NCBI GenBank assembly: GCA_900545265.1
Contig: UQYI01000001.1
Span: 4,145-68,144, forward strand
Length of the DNA stretch: 64,000 bases
Origin: an uncultured Eubacteriales bacterium
GTDB lineage: Bacteria; Bacillota; Clostridia; Christensenellales; CAG-138
Direction of reading: 5' to 3'
Notes under the pieces: generated by a model
The model's input: only the letters and a program-made list of their open reading frames with translations
The model's database searches: none
Told to the model about the DNA's origin: nothing
Shown here: one piece after another, positions 61,674 to 64,000 of the stretch
Layout of the letters: each line of letters starts with the position of its first letter
Numbering within the stretch: position 1 is the first letter of the stretch
Translations under genes and position numbers: made by a program

Positions 61674-63020
61674 TTACTCCGCCTTCTCCTCCTTCTGCTC
61701 TTCTTCGTCTTTCTTTTCTTCCGCAGGGGCATCTACCCGCACGGCGGAATCGCTCAGGAGCCTGATCACCTTCTCTACGCAGGCCCGGTCGGCAAAGTAT
61801 TCCCGGTCGGATTCGGAAAGGTTCTTTTCCAGATCCTCTTTGGTCATGCCGTTCTGGGTGGCGTACAGATCGATCTGCTCCTCTACATCTTCGGGAGCGG
61901 CGGTGATGTTCTCAGCCTTCTTGATGGCTTCCAGAGTCAGATCCACCTTGCAGCGCATCCTGGCTTCGGGCTTATACATCTCCTTGACCTTGTCCATATC
62001 GGTACCCATGTACTTGAAGTAATTGTCCATGGAGATGCCGCTGCCGGCCAGCCGGTAGGCCATATCCTGGATCATGCCCTGCACCTGGCGCTCGATCATG
62101 CACTCGGGGATATCGCACTGGGCGTTATCGGCGGCCTTGGTGAGCAGCTCGTTCTCTTCGGAGATCTTGGCGGCTTCCGCCCGCTGCTTGAGCAGCTCGG
62201 CCTTTTTGTTCTCTTTCCACTGGGCTACGGTATCGAACTCGCTGATATCCTTGATGAACTCATCGTCGATCTCCGGAAGCTCCTTCTGCTGGACGGCCTT
62301 GATCTTACAGGCGAACACGGCGTCCTTGCCGGCCAGATCGGCGGCATGATACTTTTCGGGGAAGGTGACCTTTACTTCCCGATCCTCACCGGCGGCTGCG
62401 CCGATGAGCTGATCTTCAAAACCGGGGATAAAGGTACCGCTGCCGATATCCAGGGTCTGATCCTGTGCGGTGCCGCCTTCAAAGGCCACGCCGTCTACGG
62501 TACCGGCATAATCCAGCAGCACCCGGTCCTTATCGGCTACGGGGCGCTCCACATCCACATAGCGGGCCTGGGCTTCCTGCTCGCTCCTGAGCGCCATATC
62601 CACTTCCTCTTCCGTTACAGTATACGCCTGCCGGGGGATCTCTATACCCTTATACTGACCCAGAGTCACCGTGGGGCGCAGCTGCACCTCGGCGGTATAG
62701 ACGATGCCCTTGTCTTCGCCGATATCGGTGATATCCACGGAGGGACGGTCTACGGGCTGCAGGTCATGCTCCTTGATGGCGGCTTCGTAGGGATCGGCCC
62801 AGCAAAGGTCAAAGGCCGCATCATAAAACACCATGGGGCCGTAGTTGCTCTCGATGATCCGGCGGGGGGCCTTGCCCTTGCGGAAGCCGGGTACGGGGTA
62901 CTTGCCGCCGTATTTATGGTAAGCGGTCTCCAGAGCGGCCTTGAAGGCCTCGGGGGAAACGGTGATGGTAAGCTTGGCTACATCGTGCTCCAATTTTTCG
63001 TACTGTGACATGTGATCCAT
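61674..63020 (-). CDS. tig: Trigger factor
   Basis: GFRKGKAP ribosome-binding motif, a central FKBP-like domain, and an acidic C-terminal tail. Conserved tig-clpP-clpX order. Confidence 0.9.
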   Translation of the reverse strand: MDHMSQYEKLEHDVAKLTITVSPEAFKAALETAYHKYGGKYPVPGFRKGKAPRRIIESNYGPMVFYDAAFDLCWADPYEAAIKEHDLQPVDRPSVDITDIGEDKGIVYTAEVQLRPTVTLGQYKGIEIPRQAYTVTEEEVDMALRSEQEAQARYVDVERPVADKDRVLLDYAGTVDGVAFEGGTAQDQTLDIGSGTFIPGFEDQLIGAAAGEDREVKVTFPEKYHAADLAGKDAVFACKIKAVQQKELPEIDDEFIKDISEFDTVAQWKENKKAELLKQRAEAAKISEENELLTKAADNAQCDIPECMIERQVQGMIQDMAYRLAGSGISMDNYFKYMGTDMDKVKEMYKPEARMRCKVDLTLEAIKKAENITAAPEDVEEQIDLYATQNGMTKEDLEKNLSESDREYFADRACVEKVIRLLSDSAVRVDAPAEEKKDEEEQKEEKAE

Positions 63021-63357
63021 CCTCCTAAAGCATTGTGATGCATAATTCCACGGATTGATATTCTATCATGGTGCGCCTGTAAATGCAAGGTGCTTTTGCC
63101 GCCGAAGCTCCGGTTTTGCATGGTTTTTCCACTTGTTTCCCGGGATTTCACCCTGACTTCATAATTGAGCGGGCGTGAATTTCCTGCAACATATGCTTTC
63201 CCGCCTTGATTCATCCCCCTGTTCGTGCTACTATATGTATAGGTAAAAGTATACGGTCCGCCCGGCAGGAAGAAACGGCTCTCCCCTTTCGTCGGCAGGC
63301 GGATCCACTCGGGGCAGTTCTGCCCCGTGCTATTTATAAAGGAACGAGGTACACCCC

Positions 63358-64000
63358 ATGCGCACCATTCCCTATGGACCGGGCTCTCTGTGTCTGCTCT
63401 GCAACCCTGTGGCCGGCACTGGCAAGGCCGCCAAAGCACTGGAAGAAGTCAAATCCCTGCTGCAGCAGGCAGGCGTCCGCTACACCGTGAAAGAGACCCA
63501 GTACCCCGGCCACGGAACGGAGTTGGCCCGGCAGGCGGCCCGGGAAGGCTACACCACCCTGTGCGCCCTGGGGGGAGACGGCTCCGTGCGGGAAGCGGCG
63601 CAGGGTCTTGCGGGCACCGGCTGTGTGCTGGGGATCATCCCCTGCGGCACGGGGAACGATTTTGTCAAACCACTGGGCATCCCTACGGATATTCCCGGAG
63701 CGGTGGACGTGCTGCTGTACGGCAAGGTCCTTAAGGTGAACCGCTGCAGGGCCAACGACCAGCCCTTTATCAACGTGGCGGGCTTCGGGTTTGATGTGGA
63801 TGTGCTGGATTCCGTGGAGCTGTTCAAGGCCGGGACAAAAAGCGGCCGTCTGGCCTATCTGAAAGGGCTGTTCCATGCTCTGGGGCATTTTCATCTGCGG
63901 CAGGTGGAATATTCCATAGACGGCGGCCAAAGCGTATCCTGCGACTGCCTGCTCATAGCCGCAGGCAACGGCACCCACATCGGCGGGGGGCTGGGCATTA
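63358..64000 (+). CDS. Diacylglycerol/lipid kinase family protein (YegS/BmrU-like), 3' end beyond window
   Basis: Not in the ORF track because no stop lies in the window. My translation: MRTIPYGPGSLCLLCNPVAGTGKA...CALGGDGSVREAA...GIIPCGTGNDFVKPLGIP..., the DAGK catalytic-domain motifs. ATG follows AGGAACGAGG. Confidence 0.8.
   Translation, partial: MRTIPYGPGSLCLLCNPVAGTGKAAKALEEVKSLLQQAGVRYTVKETQYPGHGTELARQAAREGYTTLCALGGDGSVREAAQGLAGTGCVLGIIPCGTGNDFVKPLGIPTDIPGAVDVLLYGKVLKVNRCRANDQPFINVAGFGFDVDVLDSVELFKAGTKSGRLAYLKGLFHALGHFHLRQVEYSIDGGQSVSCDCLLIAAGNGTHIGGGLGI

Noticed and set aside
49386-63008. Long antisense ORFs opposite ftsH (49386-51044), trkA/trkH (54986-55858, 56209-57576), clpX (59656-61092) and clpP/tig (61035-63008)
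   Set aside because: Each lies opposite a housekeeping gene with unmistakable motifs. They are shadow ORFs.

Overview
64-kb segment of a high-GC Clostridia-type chromosome (Oscillospirales-like by gene content; the taxon guess is low confidence).

- **1-23.3 kb, accessory island, mostly minus strand.** It holds two WapA-like secreted RHS/YD-repeat polymorphic-toxin loci.
  - RHS-1 (<1-6734) ends in a Hint domain; its toxin tip lies outside the window.
  - RHS-2 (11812-20536) is split by a frameshift in an A7 run and ends in an NlpC/P60 peptidoglycan-hydrolase tip.
  - Also present: lipoprotein immunity candidates, an orphan RHS C-terminal cassette with a PD-(D/E)xK-like tip and a 484-aa partner gene, RHS scars, and a flanking WYL / XRE / ImmA-IrrE regulator trio.
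- **23.4-31.7 kb, five-gene Opp/Dpp-family ABC importer.** It carries unusual insertions: an RCC1-like propeller in the OppC-like permease and a ~190-aa helical insert in one ATPase.
- **33.4-40.1 kb, D-proline reductase (Stickland) cluster.** Order is prdF, permease (frameshifted), prdC, prdA, small orf, prdB. prdB has an in-frame UGA (selenocysteine) followed by a hairpin.
- **40-64 kb, housekeeping genes.** YitT, LysR, M24 peptidase, TetR, SDR, PHP, tilS-hpt-ftsH, 2-hydroxyacid dehydrogenase, trkAH, AEC, rph, tig-clpP-clpX and a lipid kinase. The intergenic spaces carry at least six copies of a GC-rich multi-hairpin repeat family.

No rRNA, tRNA, CRISPR array, transposase or integrase was recognised. 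All domain calls come from reading motifs in the translations; no database search was possible. The ORF track omits ORFs whose stop lies outside the window, so the first and last genes were found by hand.
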